Translations under genes and position numbers: made by a program | Source: Auanema rhodensis | Taxonomy: Eukaryota > Animalia > Nematoda | Assembly: GCA_964057225.1 (NCBI GenBank) | Contig: OZ059896.1 | Location: forward strand, 23,498,001-23,562,000 | Direction: 5' to 3' | Length of the DNA stretch: 64,000 bases | The notes under the pieces: generated by a model | The model's input: the letters and a program-made list of their open reading frames with translations, nothing else | Database searches by the model: none | What the model was told of the DNA's origin: nothing | In this document: one piece after another, positions 38,650 through 52,900 of the stretch | Layout: each line of letters opens with the position of its first letter | Numbering within the stretch: the stretch's first letter is position 1

Positions 38650-41600
38650 AATGTACACGTGATGTGCACTTGGTATGTAACTCGCTTCACGTGAAAGATA
38701 AAGAGATGCGGTTTTCAAAATTAGATTCCCCATGTCCATATTAGTCTAAAAACAAATTTTTATTGATATTGCTTCATGGTAACCATGACTTTGAAATTTA
38801 CGTGAACTTTAATTTATGCTAATTAAATGTACACGTGATGTGCACTCGGTATGTAACTCGCTTCACGTGAAAGATAAAGAGATGCGGTTTTCAAAATTAG
38901 ATTCCCCATGTCCATATTAGTCTAAAAACAAATTTTTATTGATATTGGTTCATGGTAACCATGACTTTGAAATTTACGTGAACTTTAATTTATGCTAATT
39001 AAATGTACACGTGATGTGCACTTGGTATGTAACTCGCTTCACGTGAAAGATAAAGAGATGCGGTTTTCAAAATTAGATTCCCCATGTCCATATTAGTCTA
39101 AAAACAATTTTTTATTGATATTGGTGCATGGTAACCATGACTTTGAAATTTACGTGAACTTTAATTTATGCTAATTAAATGTACACGTGATGTGCACTTG
39201 GTATGTAACTCGCTTCACGTGAAAGATAAAGAGATGCGGTTTTCAAAATTAGATTCCCCATGTCCATATTAGTCTAAAAACAAATTTTTATTGATATTGG
39301 TGCATGGTAACCTTGACTTTGAAATTTACGTGAACTTTAATTTATGCTAATTAAATGTACACGTGATGTGCACTTGGTATGTAACTCGCTTCACGTGAAA
39401 GATAAAGAGATGCGGTTTTCAAAATTAGATTCCCCATGTCCATATTAGTCTAAAAACAAATTTTTATTGATATTGGTGCATGGTAACCTTGACTTTGAAA
39501 TTAACGTGAACTTTAATTTATGCTAATTAAATGTACACGTGATGTACACTTGGTATGTAACTTGCTTCACGTGAAAGATAAAGAGATGCGGTTTTCAAAA
39601 TTAGATTCCCCATGTCCATATTAGTCTAAAAACAAATTTTTATTGATATTGGTTCATGGTAACCATGACTTTGAAATTTACGTGAACTTTAATTTATGCT
39701 AATTAAATGTACACGTGATGTGCACTTGGTAAGTAACTCGCTTCACGTGAAAGATAAAGAGATGCGGTTTTCAAAATTAGATTCCCCATGTCCATATTAG
39801 TCTAAAAACAAATTTTTATTGATATTGCTTCATGGTAACCATGACTTTAAAATTTACGTGAACTTTAATTTATGCTAATTAAATGTACACGTGATGTGCA
39901 CTCGGTATGTAACTCGCTTCACGTGAAAGATAAAGAGATGCGGTTTTCAAAATTAGATTCCCCATGTCCATATTAGTCTAAAAACAAATTTTTATTGATA
40001 TTGGTTCATGGTAACCATGACTTTGAAATTTACGTGAACTTTAATTTATGCTAATTAAATGTACACGTGATGTGCACTTGGTATGTAACTCGCTTCACGT
40101 GAAAGATAAAGAGATGCGGTTTTCAAAATTAGATTCCCCATGTCCATATTAGTCTAAAAACAATTTTTTATTGATATTGGTGCATGGTAACCTTGACTTT
40201 GAAATTTACGTGAACTTTAATTTATGCTAATTAAATGTACACGTGATGTGCACTTGGTATGTAACTCGCTTCACATGAAAGATAAAGAGATGCGGTTTTC
40301 AAAATTAGATTCCCCATGTCCATATTAGTCTAAAAACAAATTTTTATTGATATTGGTGCATGGTAACCTTGACTTTGAAATTTACGTGAACTTTAATTTA
40401 TGCTAATTAAATGTACACGTGATGTGCACTTGGTATGTAACTCGCTTCACGTGAAAGATAAAGAGATGCGGTTTTCAAAATTAGATTCCCCATGTCCATA
40501 TTAGTCTAAAAACAAATTTTTATTGATATTGGTGCATGGTAACCTTGACTTTGAAATTAACGTGAACTTTAATTTATGCTAATTAAATGTACACGTGATG
40601 TACACTTGGTATGTAACTTGCTTCACGTGAAAGATAAAGAGATGCGGTTTTCAAAATTAGATTTCCCATGTCCATATTAGTCTAAAAACAAATTTTTATT
40701 GATATTGGTTCATGGTAACCATGACTTTGAAATTTACGTGAACTTTAATTTATGCTAATTAAATGTACACGTGATGTGCACTTGGTAAGTAACTCGCTTC
40801 ACGTGAAAGATAAAGAGATGCGGTTTTCAAAATTAGATTCCCCATGTCCATATTAGTCTAAAAACAAATTTTTATTGATATTGCTTCATGGTAACCATGA
40901 CTTTGAAATTTACGTGAACTTTAATTTATGCTAATTAAATGTACACGTGATGTGCACTCGGTATGTAACTCGCTTCACGTGAAAGATAAAGAGATGCGGT
41001 TTTCAAAATTAGATTCCCCATGTCCATATTAGTCTAAAAACAAATTTTTATTGATATTGGTTCATGGTAACCATGACTTTGAAATTTACGTGAACTTTAA
41101 TTTATGCTAATTAAATGTACACGTGATGTGCACTTGGTATGTAACTCGCTTCACGTGAAAGATAAAGAGATGCGGTTTTCAAAATTAGATTCCCCATGTC
41201 CATATTAGTCTAAAAACAATTTTTTATTGATATTGGTGCATGGTAACCATGACTTTGAAATTTACGTGAACTTTAATTTATGCTAATTAAATGTACACGT
41301 GATGTGCACTTGGTATGTAACTCGCTTCACATGAAAGATAAAGAGATGCGGTTTTCAAAATTAGATTCCCCATGTCCATATTAGTCTAAAAACAAATTTT
41401 TATTGATATTGGTGCATGGTAACCTTGACTTTGAAATTTACGTGAACTTTAATTTATGCTAATTAAATGTACACGTGATGTGCACTTGGTATGTAACTCG
41501 CTTCACGTGAAAGATAAAGAGATGCGGTTTTCAAAATTAGATTCCCCATGTCCATATTAGTCTAAAAACAAATTTTTATTGATATTGGTGCATGGTAACC

Positions 41601-41900
41601 TTGACTTTGAAATTAACGTGAACTTTAATTTATGCTAATTAAATGTACACGTGATGTACACTTGGTATGTAACTTGCTTCACGTGAAAGATAAAGAGATG
41701 CGGTTTTCAAAATTAGATTTCCCATGTCCATATTAGTCTAAAAACAAATTTTTATTGATATTGGTTCATGGTAACCATGACTTTGAAATTTACGTGAACT
41801 TTAATTTATGCTAATTAAATGTACACGTGATGTGCACTTGGTAAGTAACTCGCTTCACGTGAAAGATAAAGAGATGCGGTTTTCAAAATTAGATTCCCCA
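38650..41900. repeat. 6-monomer (1056-bp) higher-order repeat, ~3 copies; boundaries approximate
   Basis: GCACTCGG variant at 38847, 39903, 40959, with other variants in the same phase. Confidence 0.85.
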
Positions 41901-44900
41901 TGTCCATATTAGTCTAAAAACAAATTTTTATTGATATTGGCGCATGGTAACCATGACTTTGAATTTTACGTGAACTTTAATTTATGCTAATTAAATGTAC
42001 ACGTGATGTGCACTTGGTATGTAACTCGCTTCACGTGAAAGATAAAGAGATGCGGTTTTCAAAATTAGATTCCCCATGTCCATATTAGTCTAAAAACAAA
42101 TTTTTATTGATATTGGTGCATGGTAACCATGACTTTGAATTTTACGTGAACTTTAATTTATGCTAATTAAATGTACACGTGATGTGCACTTGGTATGTAA
42201 CTCGCTTCGCGTGAAAGATAAAGAGATGCGGTTTTCAAAATTAGATTCCCCATGTCCATATTAGTCTAAAAACAAATTTTTATTGATATTGCTTCATGGT
42301 AACCATGACTTTGAAATTTACGTGAACTTTAATTTATGCTAATTAAATGTACACGTGATGTGCACTTGGTATGTAACTCGCTTCACGTGAAAGATAAAGA
42401 GATGCGGTTTTCAAAATTAGATTCCCCATGTCCATATTAGTCTAAAAACAAATTTTTATTGATATTGGTGCATGGTAACCATGACTTTGAATTTTACGTG
42501 AACTTTAATTTATGCTAATTAAATGTACACGTGATGTGCACTTGGTATGTAACTCGCTTCACGTGAAAGATAAAGAGATGCGGTTTTCAAAATTAGATTC
42601 CCCATGTCCATATTAGTCTAAAAACAAATTTTTATTGATATTGGTGCATGGTAACCTTGACTTTGAAATTTACGTGAACTTTAATTTATGCTAATTAAAT
42701 GTACACGTGATGTGCACTTGGTATGTAACTCGCTTCACGTGAAAGATAAAGAGATGCGGTTTTCAAAATTAGATTCCCCATGTCCATATTAGTCTAAAAA
42801 CAAATTTTTATTGATATTGGTGCATGGTAACCTTGACTTTGAAATTAACGTGAACTTTAATTTATGCTAATTAAATGTACACGTGATGTACACTTGGTAT
42901 GTAACTTGCTTCACGTGAAAGATAAAGAGATGCGGTTTTCAAAATTAGATTCCCCATGTCCATATTAGTCTAAAAACAAATTTTTATTGATATTGGTTCA
43001 TGGTAACCATGACTTTGAAATTTACGTGAACTTTAATTTATGCTAATTAAATGTACACGTGATGTGCACTTGGTAAGTAACTCGCTTCACGTGAAAGATA
43101 AAGAGATGCGGTTTTCAAAATTAGATTCCCCATGTCCATATTAGTCTAAAAACAAATTTTTATTGATATTGGCGCATGGTAACCATGACTTTGAATTTTA
43201 CGTGAACTTTAATTTATGCTAATTAAATGTACACGTGATGTGCACTTGGTATGTAACTCGCTTCACGTGAAAGATAAAGAGATGCGGTTTTCAAAATTAG
43301 ATTCCCCATGTCCATATTAGTCTAAAAACAAATTTTTATTGATATTGGTGCATGGTAACCATGACTTTGAATTTTACGTGAACTTTAATTTATGCTAATT
43401 AAATGTACACGTGATGTGCACTTGGTATGTAACTCGCTTCGCGTGAAAGATAAAGAGATGCGGTTTTCAAAATTAGATTCCCCATGTCCATATTAGTCTA
43501 AAAACAAATTTTTATTGATATTGCTTCATGGTAACCATGACTTTGAAATTTACGTGAACTTTAATTTATGCTAATTAAATGTACACGTGATGTGCACTTG
43601 GTATGTAACTCGCTTCACGTGAAAGATAAAGAGATGCGGTTTTCAAAATTAGATTCCCCATGTCCATATTAGTCTAAAAACAAATTTTTATTGATATTGG
43701 TGCATGGTAACCATGACTTTGAATTTTACGTGAACTTTAATTTATGCTAATTAAATGTACACGTGATGTGCACTTGGTATGTAACTCGCTTCACGTGAAA
43801 GATAAAGAGATGCGGTTTTCAAAATTAGATTACCCATGTCCATATTAGTCTAAAAACAAATTTTTATTGTTATTGGTGCATGGTAACCATGACTTTGAAA
43901 TTTACGTGAACTTTAATTTATGCTAATTAAATGTACACGTGATGTGCACTTGGTATGTAACTCGCTTCACGTGAAAGATAAAGAGATGCGGTTTTCAAAA
44001 TTAGATTCCCCATGTCCATATTAGTCTAAAAACAAATTTTTATTGATATTGGTTCATGGTAACCATGACTTTGAAATTTACGTGAACTTTAATTTATGCT
44101 AATTAAATGTACACGTGATGTGCACTTGGTATGTAACTCGCTTCACGTGAAAGATAAAGAGATGCGGTTTTTAAAATTAGATTCCCCATGTCCATATTAG
44201 TCTAAAAACAAATTTTTATTGCTATTGGTTCATGGTAACCATGACTTTGAAATTTACGTGAACTTTAATTTATGCTAATTAAATGTACACGTGATGTGCA
44301 GTTGGTATGTAACTCGCTTCACGTGAAAGATAAAGAGATGCGGTTTTCAAAATTAGATTCCCCATGTCCATATTAGTCTAAAAACAAATTTTTATTGATA
44401 TTGGTGCATGGTAACCATGACTTTGAAATTAACGTGAACTTTAATTTATGCTAATTAAATGTACACGTGATGTACACTTGGTATGTAACTCGCTTCACGT
44501 GAAAGATAAAGAGATGCGGTTTTCAAAATTAGATTCCCCATGTCCATATTAGTCTAAAAACAAATTTTTATTGATATTGGTGCATGGTAACCATGACTTT
44601 GAAATTCACGTGAACTTTAATTTATGCTAATTAAATGTACACGTGATATGCACTTGGTATGTAACTCGCTTCACGTGAAAGATAAAGAGATGCGGTTTTC
44701 AAAATTAGATTCCCCATGTCCATATTAGTCTAAAAACAAATTTTTATTGATATTGCTTCATGGTAACCATGACTTTGAAATTTACGTGAACTTTAATTTA
44801 TGCTAATTAAATGTACACGTGATGTGAACTTGGTATGTAACTCGCTTCACGTGAAAGATAAAGAGATGCGGTTTTCAAAATTAGATTCCCCATGTCCATA

Positions 44901-45329
44901 TTAGTCTAAAAACAAATTTTTATTGATATTGGTGCATGGTAACCATGACTTTGAAATTTACGTGAACTTTAATTTATGCTAATTAAATGTACACGTGATG
45001 TGCACTTGGTATGTAACTCGCTTCACGTGAAAGATAAAGAGATGCGGTTTTCAAAATTAGATTCCCCATGTCCATATTAGTCTAAAAACAAATTTTTATT
45101 GATATTGGTGCATGGTAACCTTGACTTTGAAATTTACGTGAACTTTAATTTATGCTAATTAAATGTACACGTGATGTACACTTGGTATGTAACTTGCTTC
45201 ACGTGAAAGATAAAGAAATGCGGTTTTCAAAATTAGATTCCCCATGTCCATATTAGTCTAAAAACAAATTTTTATTGATATTGGTGCATGGTAACCATGA
45301 CTTTGAAATTAACGTGAACTTTAATTTAT

Positions 45330-48300
45330 GCTAATTAAATGTACACGTGATGTACACTTGGTATGTAACTTGCTTCACGTGAAAGATAAAGAGATGCGGT
45401 TTTCAAAATTAGATTCCCCATGTCCATATTAGTCTAAAAACAAATTTTTATTGATATTGCTTCATGGTAACCATGACTTTGAAATTTACGTGAACTTTAA
45501 TTTATGCTAATTAAATGTACACGTGATGTGAACTTGGTATGTAACTCGCTTCACGTGAAAGATAAAGAGATGCGGTTTTCAAAATTAGATTCCCCATGTC
45601 CATATTAGTCTAAAAACAAATTTTTATTGATATTGGTGCATGGTAACCATGACTTTGAAATTTACGTGAACTTTAATTTATGCTAATTAAATGTACACGT
45701 GATGTGCACTTGGTATGTAACTCGCTTCACGTGAAAGATAAAGAGATGCGGTTTTCAAAATTAGATTCCCCATGTCCATATTAGTCTAAAAACAAATTTT
45801 TATTGATATTGGTGCATGGTAACCTTGACTTTGAAATTTACGTGAACTTTAATTTATGCTAATTAAATGTACACGTGATGTACACTTGGTATGTAACTTG
45901 CTTCACGTGAAAGATAAAGAAATGCGGTTTTCAAAATTAGATTCCCCATGTCCATATTAGTCTAAAAACAAATTTTTATTGATATTGGTGCATGGTAACC
46001 ATGACTTTGAAATTAACGTGAACTTTAATTTATGCTAATTAAATGTACACGTGATGTACACTTGGTATGTAACTTGCTTCACGTGAAAGATAAAGAGATG
46101 CGGTTTTCAAAATTAGATTCCCCATGTCCATATTAGTCTAAAAACAAATTTTTATTGATATTGGTGCATGGTAACCATGACTTTGAATTTTACGTGAACT
46201 TTAATTTATGCTAATTAAATGTACACGTGATGTGCACTTGGTATGTAACTCGCTTCACGTGAAAGATAAAGAGATGCGGTTTTCAAAATTAGATTACCCA
46301 TGTCCATATTAGTCTAAAAACAAATTTTTATTGTTATTGGTGCATGGTAACCATGACTTTGAATTTTACGTGAACTTTAATTTATGCTAATTAAATGTAC
46401 ACGTGATGTGCACTTGGTATGTAACTCGCTTCACGTGAAAGATAAAGAGATGCGGTTTTCAAAATTAGATTACCCATGTCCATATTAGTCTAAAAACAAA
46501 TTTTTATTGATATTGGTGCATGGTAACCATGACTTTGAATTTTACGTGAACTTTAATTTATGCTAATTAAATGTACACGTGATGTGCACTTGGTATGTAA
46601 CTCGCTTCACGTGAAAGATAAAGAGATGCGGTTTTCAAAATTAGATTACCCATGTCCATATTAGTCTAAAAACAAATTTTTATTGTTATTGGTGCATGGT
46701 AACCATGACTTTGAATTTTACGTGAACTTTAATTTATGCTAATTAAATGTACACGTGATGTGCACTTGGTATGTAACTCGCTTCACGTGAAAGATAAAGA
46801 GATGCGGTTTTCAAAATTAGATTCCCCATGTCCATATTAGTCTAAAAACAAATTTTTATTGATATTGGTTCATGGTAACCATGACTTTGAAATTTACGTG
46901 AACTTTAATTTATGCTAATTAAATGTACACGTGATGTGCACTTGGTATGTAACTCGCTTCACGTGAAAGATAAAGAGATGCGGTTTTCAAAATTAGATTC
47001 CCCATGTCCATATTAGTCTAAAAACAAATTTTTATTGATATTGGTGCATGGTAACCATGACTTTGAAATTTACGTGAACTTTAATTTATGCTAATTAAAT
47101 GTACACGTGATGTGCACTTGGTATGTAACTCGCTTCACGTGAAAGATAAAGAGATGCGGTTTTCAAAATTAGATTCCCCATGTCCATATTAGTCTAAAAA
47201 CAAATTTTTATTGATATTGGTTCATGGTAACCATGACTTTGAAATTTACGTGAACTTTAATTTATGCTAATTAAATGTACACGTGATGTGCACTTGGTAT
47301 GTAACTCGCTTCACGTGAAAGATAAAGAGATGCGGTTTTCAAAATTAGATTCCCCATGTCCATATTAGTCTAAAAACAAATTTTTATTGATATTGCTTCA
47401 TGGTAACCATGACTTTGGAATTTACGTGAACTTTAATTTATGCTAATTAAATGTACACGTGATGTGCACTTGGTATGTAACTCGCTTCACGTGAAAGATA
47501 AAGAGATGCGGTTTTCAAAATTAGATTCCCCATGTCCATATTAGTCTAAAAACAAATTTTTATTGATATTGGTTCATGGTAACCATGACTTTGAAATTTA
47601 CGTGAACTTTAATTTATGCTAATTAAATGTACACGTGATGTACACTTGGTATGTAACTTGCTTCACGTGAAAGATAAAGAGATGCGGTTTTCAAAATTAG
47701 ATTCCCCATGTCCATATTAGTCTAAAAACAAATTTTTATTGATATTGCTTCATGGTAACCATGACTTTGAAATTTACGTGAACTTTAATTTATGCTAATT
47801 AAATGTACACGTGATGTGAACTTGGTATGTAACTCGCTTCACGTGAAAGATAAAGAGATGCGGTTTTCAAAATTAGATTCCCCATGTCCATATTAGTCTA
47901 AAAACAAATTTTTATTGATATTGGTGCATGGTAACCATGACTTTGAAATTTACGTGAACTTTAATTTATGCTAATTAAATGTACACGTGATGTGCACTTG
48001 GTATGTAACTCGCTTCACGTGAAAGATAAAGAGATGCGGTTTTCAAAATTAGATTCCCCATGTCCATATTAGTCTAAAAACAAATTTTTATTGATATTGG
48101 TGCATGGTAACCTTGACTTTGAAATTTACGTGAACTTTAATTTATGCTAATTAAATGTACACGTGATGTACACTTGGTATGTAACTTGCTTCACGTGAAA
48201 GATAAAGAAATGCGGTTTTCAAAATTAGATTCCCCATGTCCATATTAGTCTAAAAACAAATTTTTATTGATATTGGTGCATGGTAACCATGACTTTGAAA

Positions 48301-49900
48301 TTAACGTGAACTTTAATTTATGCTAATTAAATGTACACGTGATGTACACTTGGTATGTAACTTGCTTCACGTGAAAGATAAAGAGATGCGGTTTTCAAAA
48401 TTAGATTCCCCATGTCCATATTAGTCTAAAAACAAATTTTTATTGATATTGGTGCATGGTAACCATGACTTTGAATTTTACGTGAACTTTAATTTATGCT
48501 AATTAAATGTACACGTGATGTGCACTTGGTATGTAACTCGCTTCACGTGAAAGATAAAGAGATGCGGTTTTCAAAATTAGATTACCCATGTCCATATTAG
48601 TCTAAAAACAAATTTTTATTGTTATTGGTGCATGGTAACCATGACTTTGAATTTTACGTGAACTTTAATTTATGCTAATTAAATGTACACGTGATGTGCA
48701 CTTGGTATGTAACTCGCTTCACGTGAAAGATAAAGAGATGCGGTTTTCAAAATTAGATTACCCATGTCCATATTAGTCTAAAAACAAATTTTTATTGATA
48801 TTGGTGCATGGTAACCATGACTTTGAATTTTACGTGAACTTTAATTTATGCTAATTAAATGTACACGTGATGTGCACTTGGTATGTAACTCGCTTCACGT
48901 GAAAGATAAAGAGATGCGGTTTTCAAAATTAGATTACCCATGTCCATATTAGTCTAAAAACAAATTTTTATTGTTATTGGTGCATGGTAACCATGACTTT
49001 GAATTTTACGTGAACTTTAATTTATGCTAATTAAATGTACACGTGATGTGCACTTGGTATGTAACTCGCTTCACGTGAAAGATAAAGAGATGCGGTTTTC
49101 AAAATTAGATTCCCCATGTCCATATTAGTCTAAAAACAAATTTTTATTGATATTGGTTCATGGTAACCATGACTTTGAAATTTACGTGAACTTTAATTTA
49201 TGCTAATTAAATGTACACGTGATGTGCACTTGGTATGTAACTCGCTTCACGTGAAAGATAAAGAGATGCGGTTTTCAAAATTAGATTCCCCATGTCCATA
49301 TTAGTCTAAAAACAAATTTTTATTGATATTGGTGCATGGTAACCATGACTTTGAAATTTACGTGAACTTTAATTTATGCTAATTAAATGTACACGTGATG
49401 TGCACTTGGTATGTAACTCGCTTCACGTGAAAGATAAAGAGATGCGGTTTTCAAAATTAGATTCCCCATGTCCATATTAGTCTAAAAACAAATTTTTATT
49501 GATATTGGTTCATGGTAACCATGACTTTGAAATTTACGTGAACTTTAATTTATGCTAATTAAATGTACACGTGATGTGCACTTGGTATGTAACTCGCTTC
49601 ACGTGAAAGATAAAGAGATGCGGTTTTCAAAATTAGATTCCCCATGTCCATATTAGTCTAAAAACAAATTTTTATTGATATTGCTTCATGGTAACCATGA
49701 CTTTGGAATTTACGTGAACTTTAATTTATGCTAATTAAATGTACACGTGATGTGCACTTGGTATGTAACTCGCTTCACGTGAAAGATAAAGAGATGCGGT
49801 TTTCAAAATTAGATTCCCCATGTCCATATTAGTCTAAAAACAAATTTTTATTGATATTGGTTCATGGTAACCATGACTTTGAAATTTACGTGAACTTTAA
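45330..49900. repeat. Tandem 13-monomer (2288-bp) higher-order duplication; boundaries approximate
   Basis: GTGAACTTGG variant at 45531/47819 and CTTTGGAA variant at 47418/49706, both 2288 bp apart; the GATTACCC triplet block is also repeated. Confidence 0.88.
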
Positions 49901-52900
49901 TTTATGCTAATTAAATGTACACGTGATGTGCACTTGGTATGTAACTCGCTTCACGTGAAAGATAAAGAGATGCGGTTTTCAAAATTAGATTCCCCATGTC
50001 CATATTAGTCTACAAACAAATTTTTATTGATATTGGTGCATGGTAACCATGACTTTGAAATTTACGTGAACTTTAATTTATGCTAATTAAATGTACACGT
50101 GATGTGCACTTGGTATGTAACTCGCTTCACGTGAAAGATAAAGAGATGCGGTTTTCAAAATTAGATTCCCCATGTCCATATTAGTCTAAAAACAAATTTT
50201 TATTGATATTGGTTCATGGTAACCATGACTTTGAAATTTACGTGAACTTTAATTTATGCTAATTAAATGTACACGTGATGTGCACTTGGTATGTAACTCG
50301 CTTCACGTGAAAGATAAAGAGATGCGGTTTTTAAAATTAGATTCCCCATGTCCATATTAGTCTAAAAACAAATTTTTATTGCTATTGGTTCATGGTAACC
50401 ATGACTTTGAAATTTACGTGAACTTTAATTTATGCTAATTAAATGTACACGTGATGTGCAGTTGGTATGTAACTCGCTTCACGTGAAAGATAAAGAGATG
50501 CGGTTTTCAAAATTAGATTCCCCATGTCCATATTAGTCTAAAAACAAATTTTTATTGCTATTGGTTCATGGTAACCATGACTTTGAAATTTACGTGAACT
50601 TTAATTTATGCTAATTAAATGTACACGTGATGTGCAGTTGGTATGTAACTCGCTTCACGTGAAAGATAAAGAGATGCGGTTTTCAAAATTAGATTCCCCA
50701 TGTCCATATTAGTCTAAAAACAAATTTTTATTGATATTGGTGCATGGTAACCATGACTTTGAAATTAACGTGAACTTTAATTTATGCTAATTAAATGTAC
50801 ACGTGATGTACACTTGGTATGTAACTCGCTTCACGTGAAAGATAAAGAGATGCGGTTTTCAAAATTAGATTCCCCATGTCCATATTAGTCTAAAAACAAA
50901 TTTTTATTGATATTGGTGCATGGTAACCTTGACTTTGAAATTTACGTGAACTTTAATTTATGCTAATTAAATGTACACGTGATGTACACTTGGTATGTAA
51001 CTTGCTTCACGTGAAAGATAAAGAAATGCGGTTTTCAAAATTAGATTCCCCATGTCCATATTAGTCTAAAAACAAATTTTTATTGATATTGGTGCATGGT
51101 AACCTTGACTTTGAAATTTACGTGAACTTTAATTTATGCTAATTAAATGTACACGTGATGTACACTTGGTATGTAACTTGCTTCACGTGAAAGATAAAGA
51201 AATGCGGTTTTCAAAATTAGATTCCCCATGTCCATATTAGTCTAAAAACAAATTTTTATTGATATTGGTGCATGGTAACCATGACTTTGAAATTTACGTG
51301 AACTTTAATTTATGCTAATTAAATGTACACGTGATGTGCACTTGGTATGTAACTCGCTTCACGTGAAAGATAAAGAGATGCGGTTTTCAAAATTAGATTC
51401 CCCATGTCCATATTAGTCTAAAAACAAATTTTTATTGTTATTGGTGCATGGTAACCATGACTTTGAATTTTACGTGAACTTTAATTTATGCTAATTAAAT
51501 GTACACGTGATGTGCACTTGGTATGTAACTCGCTTCACGTGAAAGATAAAGAGATGCGGTTTTCAAAATTAGATTCCCCATGTCCATATTAGTCTAAAAA
51601 CAAATTTTTATTGATATTGGTTCATGGTAACCATGACTTTGAAATTTACGTGAACTTTAATTTATGCTAATTAAATGTACACGTGATGTGCACTTGGTAT
51701 GTAACTCGCTTCACGTGAAAGATAAAGAGATGCGGTCTTCAAAATTAGATTCCCCATGTCCATATTAGTCTAAAAACAAATTTTTATTGATATTGGTGCA
51801 TGGTAACCATGACTTTGAAATTTACGTGAACTTTAATTTATGCTAATTAAATGTACACGTGATGTGCACTTGGTATGTAACTCGCTTCACGTGAAAGATA
51901 AAGAGATGCGGTTTTCAAAATTAGATTCCCCATGTCCATATTAGTCTAAAAACAAATTTTTATTGTTATTGGTGCATGGTAACCATGACTTTGAATTTTA
52001 CGTGAACTTTAATTTATGCTAATTAAATGTACACGTGATGTGCACTTGGTATGTAACTCGCTTCACGTGAAAGATAAAGAGATGCGGTTTTCAAAATTAG
52101 ATTCCCCATGTCCATATTAGTCTAAAAACAAATTTTTATTGATATTGGTTCATGGTAACCATGACTTTGAAATTTACGTGAACTTTAATTTATGCTAATT
52201 AAATGTACACGTGATGTGCACTTGGTATGTAACTCGCTTCACGTGAAAGATAAAGAGATGCGGTTTTCAAAATTAGATTCCCCATGTCCATATTAGTCTA
52301 AAAACAAATTTTTATTGATATTGGTGCATGGTAACCATGACTTTGAAATTTACGTGAACTTTAATTTATGCTAATTAAATGTACACGTGATGTGCACTTT
52401 GTATGTAACTCGCTTCACGTGAAAGATAAAGAGATGCGGTTTTCAAAATTAGATTCCCCATGTCCATATTAGTCTAAAAACAAATTTTTATTGATATTGG
52501 TGCATGGTAACCATGACTTTGAAATTTACGTGAACTTTAATTTATGCTAATTAAATGTACACGTGATGTGCACTTGGTATGTAACTCGCTTCACGTGAAA
52601 GATAAAGAGATGCGGTTTTCAAAATTAGATTCCCCATGTCCATATTAGTCTAAAAACAAATTTTTATTGATATTGGTTCATGGTAACCATGACTTTGAAA
52701 TTTACGTGAACTTTAATTTATGCTAATTAAATGTACACGTGATGTGCACTTGGTATGTAACTCGCTTCACGTGAAAGATAAAGAGATGCGGTTTTCAAAA
52801 TTAGATTCCCCATGTCCATATTAGTCTAAAAACAAATTTTTATTGATATTGGTGCATGGTAACCATGACTTTGAAATTTACGTGAACTTTAATTTATGCT

